A stretch of 57,361 nt of DNA from a virus (IMGVR_UViG_3300025725_000003:1-57361), one strand, 5' to 3'. Positions 19,416 to 29,594 are shown, counted from the first letter of the stretch. Notes: generated by a model not told the origin, from the letters alone. Numbers and translations: made by a program.

Positions 19416-19551
19416 ATTAATTTATATCAAATTTCATATCTTTTTTTAACCGACAGGTGTGTATTTTTCACACACCAACACAAATAAATATAACAAGTTC
19501 GTGTATAATGTGCTTATTGTATATTTTTAGTTAAACTACAGGAGCTAAACA

Positions 19552-19950
19552 ATGCAAATTAGAGTAGTGTCCCACAGAGATGAAATACCATCCTTAAACC
19601 CGAGAGAATTTATAATCCATCTTGCCTTTAGACCAACTAATGTGGATATCCTGAACTTAGTAAATGCCTGCCCGAAAATAGAAGCTGTTCAAGTTCCTCC
19701 TTCCTATATCGGTTCAGTCTCGCGGTTCAGTATAATGTACCTTGGCGCGCGAAGAATTCAGCTTATTGAAGGAACGGTATGGGGTCATAGAAAGGACTTA
19801 TGTGAATATTATACGATCCCTCCCTCAGTGACAATTCGAATTCAAGAAATGAGAGGGCTTGGCGCCACCGCTGGGGTAATCGGAGAAAAACTAAAGAACG
19901 AATTTCGGATGGATGCTGGAATGATTGGATTTTTAGTTAGTAAAAATTAA
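19552..19950 (+). CDS. DUF1699-family protein
   Basis: MQIRVVS.RDEI..LNP.E..IHLAFRP.N...GTVWGHRKDL.EYY, typical of Methanosarcinales DUF1699. Confidence 0.85.
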   Translation: MQIRVVSHRDEIPSLNPREFIIHLAFRPTNVDILNLVNACPKIEAVQVPPSYIGSVSRFSIMYLGARRIQLIEGTVWGHRKDLCEYYTIPPSVTIRIQEMRGLGATAGVIGEKLKNEFRMDAGMIGFLVSKN

Positions 19951-20027
19951 ATTTATATTTTTTTCTTTTTTTGTTCACGTTTTTGAAGGAAGTGAGCTCT
20001 CATGCTTTCGTTTTTAGATGTTGACGA

Positions 20028-20058
20028 TATATTAATCATATATAACAGTGTTAACAAT
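20028..20058 (+). promoter_or_regulatory. Late promoter motif (ACAGTGTTAACA) upstream of the peptidase
   Basis: Shared motif preceded by an AT-rich TATA-like tract. Confidence 0.55.
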
Positions 20059-20117
20059 GTAAAACGAAAATATAGTAAATCGTGTATGATGTGAAAGATA
20101 CGTATCGGAGAGAAACA

Positions 20118-20867
20118 ATGGATGTTAAAAAAACATACGGCTGGAAAAGAGATTTACCAGATCAACGAGATTTCGTTTTTAAAATAACGCGTACGGCTTC
20201 ACTTCCCGCCTCCGTTGATCTCCGGTCAGGGTGTAGTGCAGTTGAGGACCAGGGCAACCTCGGAAGCTGCACAAGCCAGGCGACAGTCGGGGCATTGGAA
20301 TACCTAGGCATCAAAGACGGCGTAACATTCCAGGATTTAAGCAGGCTCTATGTTTATTATAACACGAGGGTGATTGAAAATTGTGTTCGATACGACGATG
20401 GTGCAAGTATAAGAAACACGATAAAGGCACTTGCTAAACAAGGGGCATGTAAAGAAACGATCTGGCCATATGTTATAAAACAATTCAAGATTAAACCCGG
20501 TACTGATTGTTACACTGATGGCGCAAAACGAATAATCATCGAGTATTCCAGGTTATTAACTCTCAATGATATGAAACACGCATTAGCAGACGGTTTTCCT
20601 TTTGTATGTGGGATATCCTTGTACACATCCTTCGAATCTGCGAAGGTTGAAAAAATGGGTATAGTTAATATGCCAGGTGCCAGAGAATCAATGATAGGCG
20701 GACACGCAATTATGGTCGTGGGTTATGATGATAAAACAAGTAGGTTTATTGTCCGTAATTCCTGGGGCACAGATTGGGGTCAGAAAGGATATTTCACAAT
20801 TCCATATACATATATAACGAGTTTAGGCGACGATTTTTGGGTCATTCGCACAGGTAAAGGATTATAA
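20118..20867 (+). CDS. Papain-like cysteine peptidase (C1)
   Basis: LP.SVDLR, DQGNLGSCT, GGHAI..VGY, RNSWG..WG.KGY; no signal peptide. Confidence 0.93.
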   Translation: MDVKKTYGWKRDLPDQRDFVFKITRTASLPASVDLRSGCSAVEDQGNLGSCTSQATVGALEYLGIKDGVTFQDLSRLYVYYNTRVIENCVRYDDGASIRNTIKALAKQGACKETIWPYVIKQFKIKPGTDCYTDGAKRIIIEYSRLLTLNDMKHALADGFPFVCGISLYTSFESAKVEKMGIVNMPGARESMIGGHAIMVVGYDDKTSRFIVRNSWGTDWGQKGYFTIPYTYITSLGDDFWVIRTGKGL

Positions 20868-20970
20868 TTTTAATATTTCTCCAAATAATTATATATCGTA
20901 TTCGTATATCATTATACGAATGATATAGTATATTTTAACAGGCGATTCTAAACAATGGAGCTTCCCCGAA

Positions 20971-22434
20971 ATGAAAACAGTAACTGTTCCATCTAGCATA
21001 GACGATAGTATAAAATTACAGAAGTTAATAGACTCAACAGGCAATACTCCATCTGAATTTATATTTCCAGATGGCGACATCGAAATTAAATCGCTTTTAC
21101 GACTGTACAACTTCACCAAGTGGAATGGAGCAAATTTTCATCTGATGGATAATGCCCCCCTCAGCCCATTTGCGGCGCAGGTTCCTCTTATTGGATCAAA
21201 GTATAAAACTGGGATTACGGGATTGGAGTTTTGTAATATAAAATTCGATGGGCATTATAGTACACAAAAATATTCAACTGCGAGCGCCGGCACCGATCAT
21301 GGAAAGGGATATCATAATTTCATCGGGTTGGGTGATGTTGCAAACCCCATATTTTCAAATGTTACAAATTGCTCTTTTCATGATATCATAGCCGGATATA
21401 ATCAAGGAGATGAGATCCGGGTCGAAGGCGGGAGCAATATAAGGGTATGGAATATTAAAAGTAAACTATGCGGACATGACATAATACATGGGAACTGCAT
21501 ACAAGATTCTGAAATATTCAATTGTAATGTTAATACACATTCTAACAACTTCTTAAGACTGCGGTCTTCCAACCACGTTAGGGTCCATGACAATATTATG
21601 GATGGAACTGGTACATATGCTCCACCTATGCAAGTTGAATCTATAAATAAAAACAAGGCATCGTCTGATATTTTTATTTATAATAATGTCATGAAGAACG
21701 CGCTTGGTCCAGGCATACAGATCATTGGCACGGTCCCATATAATTCAGGAATCACAATAAAGAACAATCTGATTTATAATTGTGGTTTGATGCCCGCTGC
21801 GAATAAACTTACAAATGTCCCAGGGATCGCTTTTGATGGGTTCGATAACGTTTTAATTGAAAATAACACTATAGATAAATGTAGAAGCTATGGGATTTTA
21901 GCAGGGCCATATAATTTATCCTCGACATATAAGGGAAAAGCAACCATCCGACGAAACATTGTGACAAGTACGAAAGTTGCATATACTCCAGGCCCGATGT
22001 CGGGCTGCGGAATCGCCGATTTAACAGGTGGACGGTATTCCATAACCTCCGAGGAAAACTGCCTTTATGGCAATTTGACGAACTACTACAAGATCACAAG
22101 TTCCGGAGACGTGAAGCTAAATCCTCTCTATGTCGCAAACAGTGACTACCACTTACAAAGCACCGGTGGGCATTATTCATCGGGGGGCGTGGTATGTGAT
22201 TCAACCACCTCTCCTTGTGTCCTACGGGACTATGAACTCGGGTGTTATAGTGGATGCTCCGAAGCTTCTTTTTTTCCCCCGGGTGAACTCCCGTGCGAGC
22301 TTCCTGCAATTGTCATCCCTAAAAAAGATGAAACGGATTTGAGGAACTTTTATACCGCTTTGCTGGAAAGTGGACTTTTAGAAAAGGGAGACAGGGTAGA
22401 ATTCATTCACGTCTCAACAGATTTCAAGGTGTGA
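20971..22434 (+). CDS. Right-handed beta-helix polysaccharide depolymerase, disaggregatase-related
   Basis: GKGYHN, GD.IRV..GSNI, GHD, NP.Y..SDYHLQSTGG...SPC motifs resembling Methanosarcina disaggregatase-related proteins. Confidence 0.65.
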   Translation: MKTVTVPSSIDDSIKLQKLIDSTGNTPSEFIFPDGDIEIKSLLRLYNFTKWNGANFHLMDNAPLSPFAAQVPLIGSKYKTGITGLEFCNIKFDGHYSTQKYSTASAGTDHGKGYHNFIGLGDVANPIFSNVTNCSFHDIIAGYNQGDEIRVEGGSNIRVWNIKSKLCGHDIIHGNCIQDSEIFNCNVNTHSNNFLRLRSSNHVRVHDNIMDGTGTYAPPMQVESINKNKASSDIFIYNNVMKNALGPGIQIIGTVPYNSGITIKNNLIYNCGLMPAANKLTNVPGIAFDGFDNVLIENNTIDKCRSYGILAGPYNLSSTYKGKATIRRNIVTSTKVAYTPGPMSGCGIADLTGGRYSITSEENCLYGNLTNYYKITSSGDVKLNPLYVANSDYHLQSTGGHYSSGGVVCDSTTSPCVLRDYELGCYSGCSEASFFPPGELPCELPAIVIPKKDETDLRNFYTALLESGLLEKGDRVEFIHVSTDFKV

Positions 22435-22616
22435 CAATGTGTCCAGTCCACACCCTATTTGAGATTGAAAAATTGCAGCATGAGATCGTAACAATCTCTT
22501 TGAAAAAACACTGTCGGACATGCGGTGATATGGAAATCGATAATGATTTTGGACTATATGGAACCTGTAGGAAAACGGGGAAACTTCATGCTCTTGATTA
22601 TATTTGTACATTCTAA
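22431..22616 (+). CDS. Small Cys-rich protein
   Basis: CPVH, CRTC, C...C; overlaps the upstream stop. Confidence 0.5.
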   Translation: MTMCPVHTLFEIEKLQHEIVTISLKKHCRTCGDMEIDNDFGLYGTCRKTGKLHALDYICTF

Positions 22617-22650
22617 TTGTCAAAAACATGTATAAAACGAGGCAACAATT

Positions 22651-23004
22651 ATGGCAATTAATTTTGTGGTAATGAATGAATGGATGACGTTTTTTATTGG
22701 TGCGCTGGTCGCAATCGTGACGGCGTATACTACCATGAGAGCACAGGGAAAAATTGCATATCCCGTGGCTTGGGTTGAAGCAGGAAAGGCAAAAATCGCC
22801 GATGGTGAAGAACAGATAAAACGACTCAGTGAAAAAAATATAATCACTCAGCATGTCCTAGCATCCGCGGGTAATATATCCACACAAGAACTTAGTGTGA
22901 TTTTGGCATTTGCAGCAGCCCGAGCGAATCAAGACGGTGGGTATACCATGAAAGATGCTCAGGACGTTGGGATAATGCTAGTCGAGGCTGCAAAAAGCAA
23001 ATAA
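22651..23004 (+). CDS. Single-TM membrane protein (holin-like candidate)
   Basis: N-terminal TM followed by RAQGKI; similar to the next gene. Confidence 0.5.
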   Translation: MAINFVVMNEWMTFFIGALVAIVTAYTTMRAQGKIAYPVAWVEAGKAKIADGEEQIKRLSEKNIITQHVLASAGNISTQELSVILAFAAARANQDGGYTMKDAQDVGIMLVEAAKSK

Positions 23005-23014
23005 GAGATGCAAC

Positions 23015-23446
23015 ATGACAGATGTCACCATCGATATAGAAGCCCTTGGATCAGTTATTACCGGGTTGGTGTCGGTTATCGTTGCGGTTTACAGTTATCT
23101 CAAAGCCAAAGGTTATATCGAGACATGGAGATCAAAACTCGCAATTACATCCGCTGTTTCTGATGAGCTCCAGCACACCCAGGATGGAAATGCACTTGCG
23201 AAACTCAAACTTTCGGATGATGTCCTTCATATATTACAGATACACGCGTCCGATGAAACCGGGTTGATAGACCCGAGCAAACTTGTGCAAGTTCTTGACA
23301 ACTACCAACGTATTCACGAACTCGTGACACTGAAACGTGTCATGACTGTGCAGGAACAGAACGAAGTGTGTGGGATAGTATTTGGGATACTGGGCGATTA
23401 CCCAAAGCAAACTGGACAAACGGAACCGGTTGAATTGAAAAAATAG
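23015..23446 (+). CDS. Single-TM membrane protein (holin-like candidate)
   Basis: N-terminal TM followed by KAKGYI. Confidence 0.5.
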   Translation: MTDVTIDIEALGSVITGLVSVIVAVYSYLKAKGYIETWRSKLAITSAVSDELQHTQDGNALAKLKLSDDVLHILQIHASDETGLIDPSKLVQVLDNYQRIHELVTLKRVMTVQEQNEVCGIVFGILGDYPKQTGQTEPVELKK

Positions 23447-23450
23447 ACGC

Positions 23451-23526
23451 ATATTTTAATACATTCACGGTGTTAACGGCGTGAAATTCGTATATATATA
23501 TTTTAATACGTTCACGGTGTTAACAT
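23451..23526 (+). promoter_or_regulatory. Tandem duplicated late promoter ATATTTTAATAC(A/G)TTCACGGTGTTAAC
   Basis: 27-bp direct repeat at 23451-23477 and 23498-23524. Confidence 0.75.
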
Positions 23527-23582
23527 TATGGATATAAGCATGCATTATTTGCAATTGTACATCAACAATCGAGGTTAATCAA

Positions 23583-24749
23583 ATGAAAAATATCATAGTA
23601 TCGCCAGGTCAATCAATTAACAGTTCGATTTCATCTGCTCAGTCGGGCGATGTAGTCTCTCTTAGTTCTGGGACTCACTCACTGACATCTGAAAAAATCA
23701 CAATGAAAAGCGGTATCCACCTTATCGGAGACAGTTCCGGGAATACAATCCTCAGAGCGGGACCGAATACAGGCGGCTCCGTTTCCGGTCAAACTTCAGA
23801 TGGTTGGATATATTGTTCGGGGCTGACCGACATCGAGATAAGCAATATTACTTTCACTAGTTCGGCAAGCGGAACAAATGACGGCGGGAAGGGCGAGACT
23901 CGAAATTGTATACTTTTAAAGGGATGCAGTAACGTCAAGATCCACGACAACAAAGTAATCAAGTATGTTTACAATGACTTTGTGAAATGTCACAGTGGCA
24001 ATAATGTCCAGGTGTATAACAACTCTGGACAATGCGGTCACGATTTTGTAGAATTCCTGTCGAGTACGAAGAACAGTAGGGCTTATGGTAATAATATCGT
24101 AGTCCAGACCAATACGGGTATCCGAGCAGACGGAGCTTCGAACATTGAACTCGATCACAATACCCTTACAGGCGCCGGCGGAACAGGTTGGTGCCTCCTG
24201 GAAATGGAGAGCGCGCTCTCTAATATCAACATCCATCATAATATATGCCACGATTACAGGGGATCCTCGGGTAGTTATGTCGTTGCTCCTGTGCATGCTT
24301 CGGGTTCTGTCTCGGTTCATGATAATATAATCTGGGCATGCGGATCAATTGGGTACGGCACAACTGCAAACAATACAATTAATCCAACGGATCATAGTAT
24401 TGCGAATTGGGTAGCGAAAGGGTACGGGGCAGGCGCATCCGGTAGTGTGGTGCCCCCTGTAGTAATTCCCGTTACACCACCCGTTACACCCGTTACCCCA
24501 CCTATTTTCCCCTCCGTTGTATCTGTTACATTTAGCGGAACGGGACAGTTCGTATGTGCTGCAAGTGGAAAGATTGCAAACAGCGATCAGATAGTGGTGA
24601 ATAAGGCGCTGGTATATGCAAAAGAGAATAATATTCCAGAGGTTAGGTTAAACGGGCCTCATTCATATTATATTAATTCATTGATTATAAAACAGGAAGG
24701 GGTGATGTTGTCAGGCGTTAAAGGTGCTCAGATAATATGGAACTTCTGA
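23583..24749 (+). CDS. Beta-helix protein without signal peptide; Pro-rich linker and truncated second domain
   Basis: Near-duplicate of the N-terminal domain of ORF 25124; C-terminal SDQ..NKAL...VRLNGP.SY.I resembles the disaggregatase N-cap. Confidence 0.75.
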   Translation: MKNIIVSPGQSINSSISSAQSGDVVSLSSGTHSLTSEKITMKSGIHLIGDSSGNTILRAGPNTGGSVSGQTSDGWIYCSGLTDIEISNITFTSSASGTNDGGKGETRNCILLKGCSNVKIHDNKVIKYVYNDFVKCHSGNNVQVYNNSGQCGHDFVEFLSSTKNSRAYGNNIVVQTNTGIRADGASNIELDHNTLTGAGGTGWCLLEMESALSNINIHHNICHDYRGSSGSYVVAPVHASGSVSVHDNIIWACGSIGYGTTANNTINPTDHSIANWVAKGYGAGASGSVVPPVVIPVTPPVTPVTPPIFPSVVSVTFSGTGQFVCAASGKIANSDQIVVNKALVYAKENNIPEVRLNGPHSYYINSLIIKQEGVMLSGVKGAQIIWNF

Positions 24750-24763
24750 AATATTAAGTGTGC

Positions 24764-24958
24764 TTATTTTTCAACCCACTTCTTTTTTAACCCCTTCAAT
24801 TCATCCGATTCTGGTTCTTCTCCATAAATACATCTTTTAACATCGATACTCAACAGAAGAGATCTTCGAAGTGCTGAGTTATAAGTATCTCGCGTTGTTC
24901 CAGCATCCCCTATTAACTCCCAAACATCTTGGTCAATTCGGATTGGTTTGGTTTTCAT
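24764..24958 (-). CDS. Ribbon-helix-helix/antitoxin-like regulator
   Basis: K.IRID.DVWE.I...G...DTYNSALRR. Confidence 0.65.
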   Translation of the reverse strand: MKTKPIRIDQDVWELIGDAGTTRDTYNSALRRSLLLSIDVKRCIYGEEPESDELKGLKKKWVEK

Positions 24959-25090
24959 CGGCGATACACCACGTTCCGATAGTATATAAAAGCTGTTACG
25001 GATGCTTACAACGTTACGTTTATGTACTTTACAGCAATAATGTTAGTCCACGAAATTGGATCAACAAGACTAAAACCGGAGCTGTAAAAT

Positions 25091-28015
25091 ACGATTCGAA
25101 GAAAAGGATCACCTGTTAGATTCTTGCAAACTGAAAACGTGCTTTCCCAAGTGTTTTTTCACGCAGGCCTGGCAGGGATCGCTGCCGTCACTCTTTTTTT
25201 GGCATTCGTGCCCTGTGTAACAGGGGCATCAACTGTCATGGTATCACCCAGTCAATCCATTAATGACGCGATTTCGTCGGCTCAGCTCGGTGATACCGTT
25301 TGCCTGACGTCTGGCACATATCAACTAGTTGATAAAATCATAATGAAAAGTGGTATCCACCTAACTGGGGAAAGTGCAGCAAACACAATTATAAGAGCTG
25401 GGCCAGACACCGGTGGTTCCGTCAGTGGGAAAACATCGGATGGTTGGATATACTGTAAGGGGCTTACCGACATTGAGATAAGCAATCTTACTTTCACGAG
25501 TACGGCAAGCAGTACAAAGGACGGCGGTCTAGGAGAGACTAGAAATTGTATCCTCCTCAGTGGATGTACAAATGTCAAGATCCACGACAACCAGATCATA
25601 AAATACGTTTATAATGATTTTGTGAAATGTCACAGCGGAAATAATATCCAGGTGTATGATAATTCAGGGCAATGTGGGCATGACTTTGTAGAGTTTCTAT
25701 CCGAAACAAAGAATAGTCGGGCTTATAATAATAACATTGTAGTCCAGACGAATACCGGAGTACGTTGCGATGGCGCTTCAAACATTGAGTTAGATCATAA
25801 TACACTGACGGGCGCGGGCGGTACTGGTTGGTGCCTCCTGGAAATGGAAAACTCGCTCTCAAATATCAATATCCATCATAACATAATGCATGATTTCAAA
25901 GGTTCGTCTAATAGTTATGCTGTCGCTCCGGTGACCGTTTCTGGTTCGGTTAGTGTCAATAATAATGTTCTGTGGGGTGTCGGATCAATCGCTTACGGCA
26001 CAACTAAGGATAATAATATCGATCCAGCAGACCGCAGTATTCCATCGTGGGTAGCAAAAGGATATGGGGCGGGGTCATCGGGTACTGTAGCTCCATCACT
26101 CATACCTCCTACTGCGCCGCAAGTTGTGATCACCCCACCCATAACAACTAATCCTCCACCCATAACAACTAATCCCACGCCCATAACAACTAATCCCACA
26201 CCCGAACCCGCTGGCGGTACAATGGTTTCCCCTACTGGTTCAAACTCGGATCAAACTGTAATAAATAACGCGCTTGAGGCTGTTCACAATTCGGGTGGCG
26301 GAAAAGTGTATCTTAATGCGGGAACTTACAAAGTAGACAACACGGTCGTTATTTGGTCAAATACCATCTTAACCGGGTCTCCGGATGCCATTATTATGGT
26401 TTCTCCGACCTCTTCGCAGTGGTTTACAGGTTCGACCGGAATTATAAGCTGTAAAGAAACAGTGAAAAACGTTGAGATTTCTGGATTTCAGATCAATGGA
26501 AACTTAGGAGCTCTTCCTGCAAGTTATGCAAATTCACCAGGTCATGATAAAGATTGCATGAGATGCATAATACTGCATGGAAATTCCGGAGATTATGCAG
26601 ATAACATAAAAATCCATGATATGAAACTTTACGACTCGTTCAGTGACGGGATGTATATATATTACGCAAAAAATGTCAAAGTCTATAATAATTTCATCTC
26701 AAATACACAGCACGAGGGCATTTTCTTATCGGTTGTTATAGGTGGAGAAATCTATAATAATAAAATAGCGGGTATAACATCGGATTGTCTCAGGCTTGAT
26801 AATAGCATTAATTGCAGGGTCTATGATAATGTGTTCTTCTCATATGATGGAACAAACCTAAATGGGGCTTACCCGCATGGCGAGAATGGTTTGCAAGTAG
26901 GAAATGCAGGTTCTTCCCATGGATATGATGCTAGTAATAAACCAACCGTCACAACCAACATTGAGATTTCAAATAACACGTTCGCCAACAATGGTTTAAA
27001 AGCCATCATGCTGGGTTCAGGGTCAGGCAATAACGTTTATGTTCACGATAATAAATTCATAGGTGTTGCTGAACTGAAAACAATGGGTATTCCAGTTGTT
27101 GGAAATACGGTTGAAAATGTTTCGGTTGAGAATCCACCAACAAAAGAGATGTCAGAGAAGATCTTCGGATCTATCTTTGATATCCTGAACACCGTTTTCC
27201 AGGATTCAGCCATCACCAACCAGACGGACGATCAGATACAGTATTCTGTGCAGAAAACAACATCCGGAAACATAGCAGGCGGAGTAAAGATCATAGGTTT
27301 TAGAAACACGGTTTTGATTGACAATATAACCTACATGCAGGACAACAACTCAACCATCGTTAAATCGGAGGCGATCACCACGGCACCCCTTGATTTCTGG
27401 AATCAGGGTAATGATAGAGTAGAGAAGACGATAGACGTTAATGTAAAGAATGGGAATGCAACGGCTGTATTAACTGTAAAAGTGAGGCACTATACGACTT
27501 CTTTCTCAAAGCAGAATAAAAAGATGGAACGGTCTTATTCCACCTCAACCGCGACCTTTAACGATATCGCAAAAGCCCCAAGCGTCTACCCTACGCCGGG
27601 GAACATATCCGGTCTAATAAATATTTATCCTACATATTTCGAGGTATATGTGCCACACACCGGGCTTGTCAAGATAGAGTATGTGTATGGCGACAATACT
27701 ACCGAACACCGTCTCCTTATCGGTGAGCGGACGAACAAGGATGGTATAGAGTACACGACGTACTCTAATATGGAGGACTGGACCGCTGGTCTAAATCATA
27801 CCGGGGATTGGGTTAGAGTATATGGCAAGTTTGATAACAGCAAATTAAACGTAACTGCCTGTACCCCCTATGAGGATATCCACGTATCAAATTTTAAGAT
27901 CACAGACAACGGCGAAATCATGCAGTCGATTGCGTTCTGGTTTTATCCGACAATAGGTTTTCTAGTCGCTTTATATTTACTCGGGGTGTATTACTGGCGT
28001 AGGATTTGGTACTAG
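25091..28015 (+). CDS. Secreted, C-terminally membrane-anchored double beta-helix surface protein
   Basis: Signal peptide, two beta-helix domains, PITTNP linker repeats, C-terminal TM + RR; start at ACG 25091 (after GGAGCT) or TTG 25124. Confidence 0.75.
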   Translation, partial: TIRRKGSPVRFLQTENVLSQVFFHAGLAGIAAVTLFLAFVPCVTGASTVMVSPSQSINDAISSAQLGDTVCLTSGTYQLVDKIIMKSGIHLTGESAANTIIRAGPDTGGSVSGKTSDGWIYCKGLTDIEISNLTFTSTASSTKDGGLGETRNCILLSGCTNVKIHDNQIIKYVYNDFVKCHSGNNIQVYDNSGQCGHDFVEFLSETKNSRAYNNNIVVQTNTGVRCDGASNIELDHNTLTGAGGTGWCLLEMENSLSNINIHHNIMHDFKGSSNSYAVAPVTVSGSVSVNNNVLWGVGSIAYGTTKDNNIDPADRSIPSWVAKGYGAGSSGTVAPSLIPPTAPQVVITPPITTNPPPITTNPTPITTNPTPEPAGGTMVSPTGSNSDQTVINNALEAVHNSGGGKVYLNAGTYKVDNTVVIWSNTILTGSPDAIIMVSPTSSQWFTGSTGIISCKETVKNVEISGFQINGNLGALPASYANSPGHDKDCMRCIILHGNSGDYADNIKIHDMKLYDSFSDGMYIYYAKNVKVYNNFISNTQHEGIFLSVVIGGEIYNNKIAGITSDCLRLDNSINCRVYDNVFFSYDGTNLNGAYPHGENGLQVGNAGSSHGYDASNKPTVTTNIEISNNTFANNGLKAIMLGSGSGNNVYVHDNKFIGVAELKTMGIPVVGNTVENVSVENPPTKEMSEKIFGSIFDILNTVFQDSAITNQTDDQIQYSVQKTTSGNIAGGVKIIGFRNTVLIDNITYMQDNNSTIVKSEAITTAPLDFWNQGNDRVEKTIDVNVKNGNATAVLTVKVRHYTTSFSKQNKKMERSYSTSTATFNDIAKAPSVYPTPGNISGLINIYPTYFEVYVPHTGLVKIEYVYGDNTTEHRLLIGERTNKDGIEYTTYSNMEDWTAGLNHTGDWVRVYGKFDNSKLNVTACTPYEDIHVSNFKITDNGEIMQSIAFWFYPTIGFLVALYLLGVYYWRRIWY

Positions 28016-28181
28016 TCCAACCGCGTCCGTTTCTTTTTTTTCAATGTTTGTGTTTCGCTCGTGTCGCGGCGGGGGTGGGTATACCTCGCGTAAACTCCAC
28101 AAGCTATTTATACATCCCCTGTGTACTATCTCACTATCTAGTACACACATACTCAACATAAACGAAATGGAGTTTTAAACC

Positions 28182-28559
28182 ATGAAAGTTGAACAAACAT
28201 TTCAGGCCGCAAAAAAAACCATTCTTGTGGTCTTATCGACAATCTTACTCGCCACGCCTTCGATGGCGGCAATTGATTACGGACAATTCTTCAATCCTGC
28301 GACGGCTGTCGGGAAGGTTGCAAGCACCCCCATGGGAGTAGCCCTTGTTAACATTCTTGAGCTCGTTGTGGGTATTGTAGTTCTCGGGGGGGTACTTGCT
28401 CTTATGGTAGCCTTTATTAAATTCGTATTTGGGCTCAAGACCGGAGCAGGCGACTCCGCATCGGATGGATACAAAGGGATGGGTGGTATAGCTCTCGGCG
28501 GACTCGTGCTTGTGATTTGTATTGCAATGTTCTTTTATTTCCTCGAATACAAACCTTGA
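28182..28559 (+). CDS. VirB2/TrbC-like pilin
   Basis: 125 aa; signal peptide ending SMA-A, then two Gly-rich TM helices joined by a short charged loop; first gene of the VirB4 operon. Confidence 0.65.
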   Translation: MKVEQTFQAAKKTILVVLSTILLATPSMAAIDYGQFFNPATAVGKVASTPMGVALVNILELVVGIVVLGGVLALMVAFIKFVFGLKTGAGDSASDGYKGMGGIALGGLVLVICIAMFFYFLEYKP

Positions 28560-28568
28560 GGTGGAGAA

Positions 28569-29591
28569 ATGAAACACTCTATACTCACCCTTTTTTTATT
28601 CACCTTGCTGATATGTCAGCCTATAATGGTTCATACTGCCAACGCATCCGCACTTGATGATGGAATAAACATGATAGCGCAGGGAATCGGCAAATATGAA
28701 CAATTAAAAGCAGAAGAGATGTTGAAGGGAAGTTTAGGTGTTACAATTGCGAATACCAGTGAGATGGACAGTTATACGCCCTCACAAAAATTAGTTTACT
28801 CGGTTGCTGCGGCCTCGCAAAACCCATTCGAGCTGGAATGGGTTCAACAGACCTTCGCGACTGAACTAATTTGGTATATGATCATCGGATTACTGATAAT
28901 TGTAGTCATAGGTGGGCTAAATATTATACAGAAGGCCTTCCCAGAAGAGATGTCCGGCACTTACCAAATGTTTACCGGGCGCGAGGGTTTTTTTGATTAC
29001 ACCGCAACTCTAAAAACGACGATGAAACTTGGTCTAATGCCAATATTAGCACTCCCGATAATTGAAACATTGCTGACGTTGGAACAGGTACTCTCTTCGG
29101 GTCTGACACTAGAGTCAATGCAGTTCATTGATACTCCATCCGTTAGTACAGGAGGAATATGGATATTCGAGGCGCTTGCATATGCTTCGTGTAGTTGGTT
29201 ATTCGCTATACGGATCGAATACATAAACATGTTTGCGGCACACATCCTCATAATAATTCTCCTACTTTGTATCTCGTGGTCAATATCAAAGTACGTTGGT
29301 GAGATGTTTATCGCTTGGTTCTTATCGGCGTTGATGATGCGCCCAATATTACTTTGGCTATCCGCCTGGGCAGTGGAGAACATCGCGAGGCAACCAAATG
29401 AGGTAATGAAAATATTTGCAACCGAACATACCATGACAATGGTTGTGGTTTTGTCTTTTGTGATTTCACTTGTTCTTGTGCTTTGGCCTGTTGTTATGTT
29501 GGTCATTAAGGTGCTTTTCGATTACTTACTAGGGGCTGGATACAAAATTATGAAAGTTTCAAATCAACTTAAAATGTTAAGGAGGCCTTGA
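28569..29591 (+). CDS. VirB6/TrbL/CedA-like polytopic membrane protein
   Basis: Signal peptide plus about 6 TM segments; IR..Y...F motif; operon context. Confidence 0.55.
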   Translation: MKHSILTLFLFTLLICQPIMVHTANASALDDGINMIAQGIGKYEQLKAEEMLKGSLGVTIANTSEMDSYTPSQKLVYSVAAASQNPFELEWVQQTFATELIWYMIIGLLIIVVIGGLNIIQKAFPEEMSGTYQMFTGREGFFDYTATLKTTMKLGLMPILALPIIETLLTLEQVLSSGLTLESMQFIDTPSVSTGGIWIFEALAYASCSWLFAIRIEYINMFAAHILIIILLLCISWSISKYVGEMFIAWFLSALMMRPILLWLSAWAVENIARQPNEVMKIFATEHTMTMVVVLSFVISLVLVLWPVVMLVIKVLFDYLLGAGYKIMKVSNQLKMLRRP

Positions 29592-29594
29592 ACA

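Noticed and set aside
23451-23526. CRISPR mini-array
   Set aside because: Only two 27-bp units 20 bp apart, matching the late-promoter motif; no CRISPR-like GAAAC end. No convincing array was found elsewhere
25106-25114. GGATCACCT, resembling the 16S rRNA 3' end
   Set aside because: A 9-nt match inside a probable coding region with no other rRNA features
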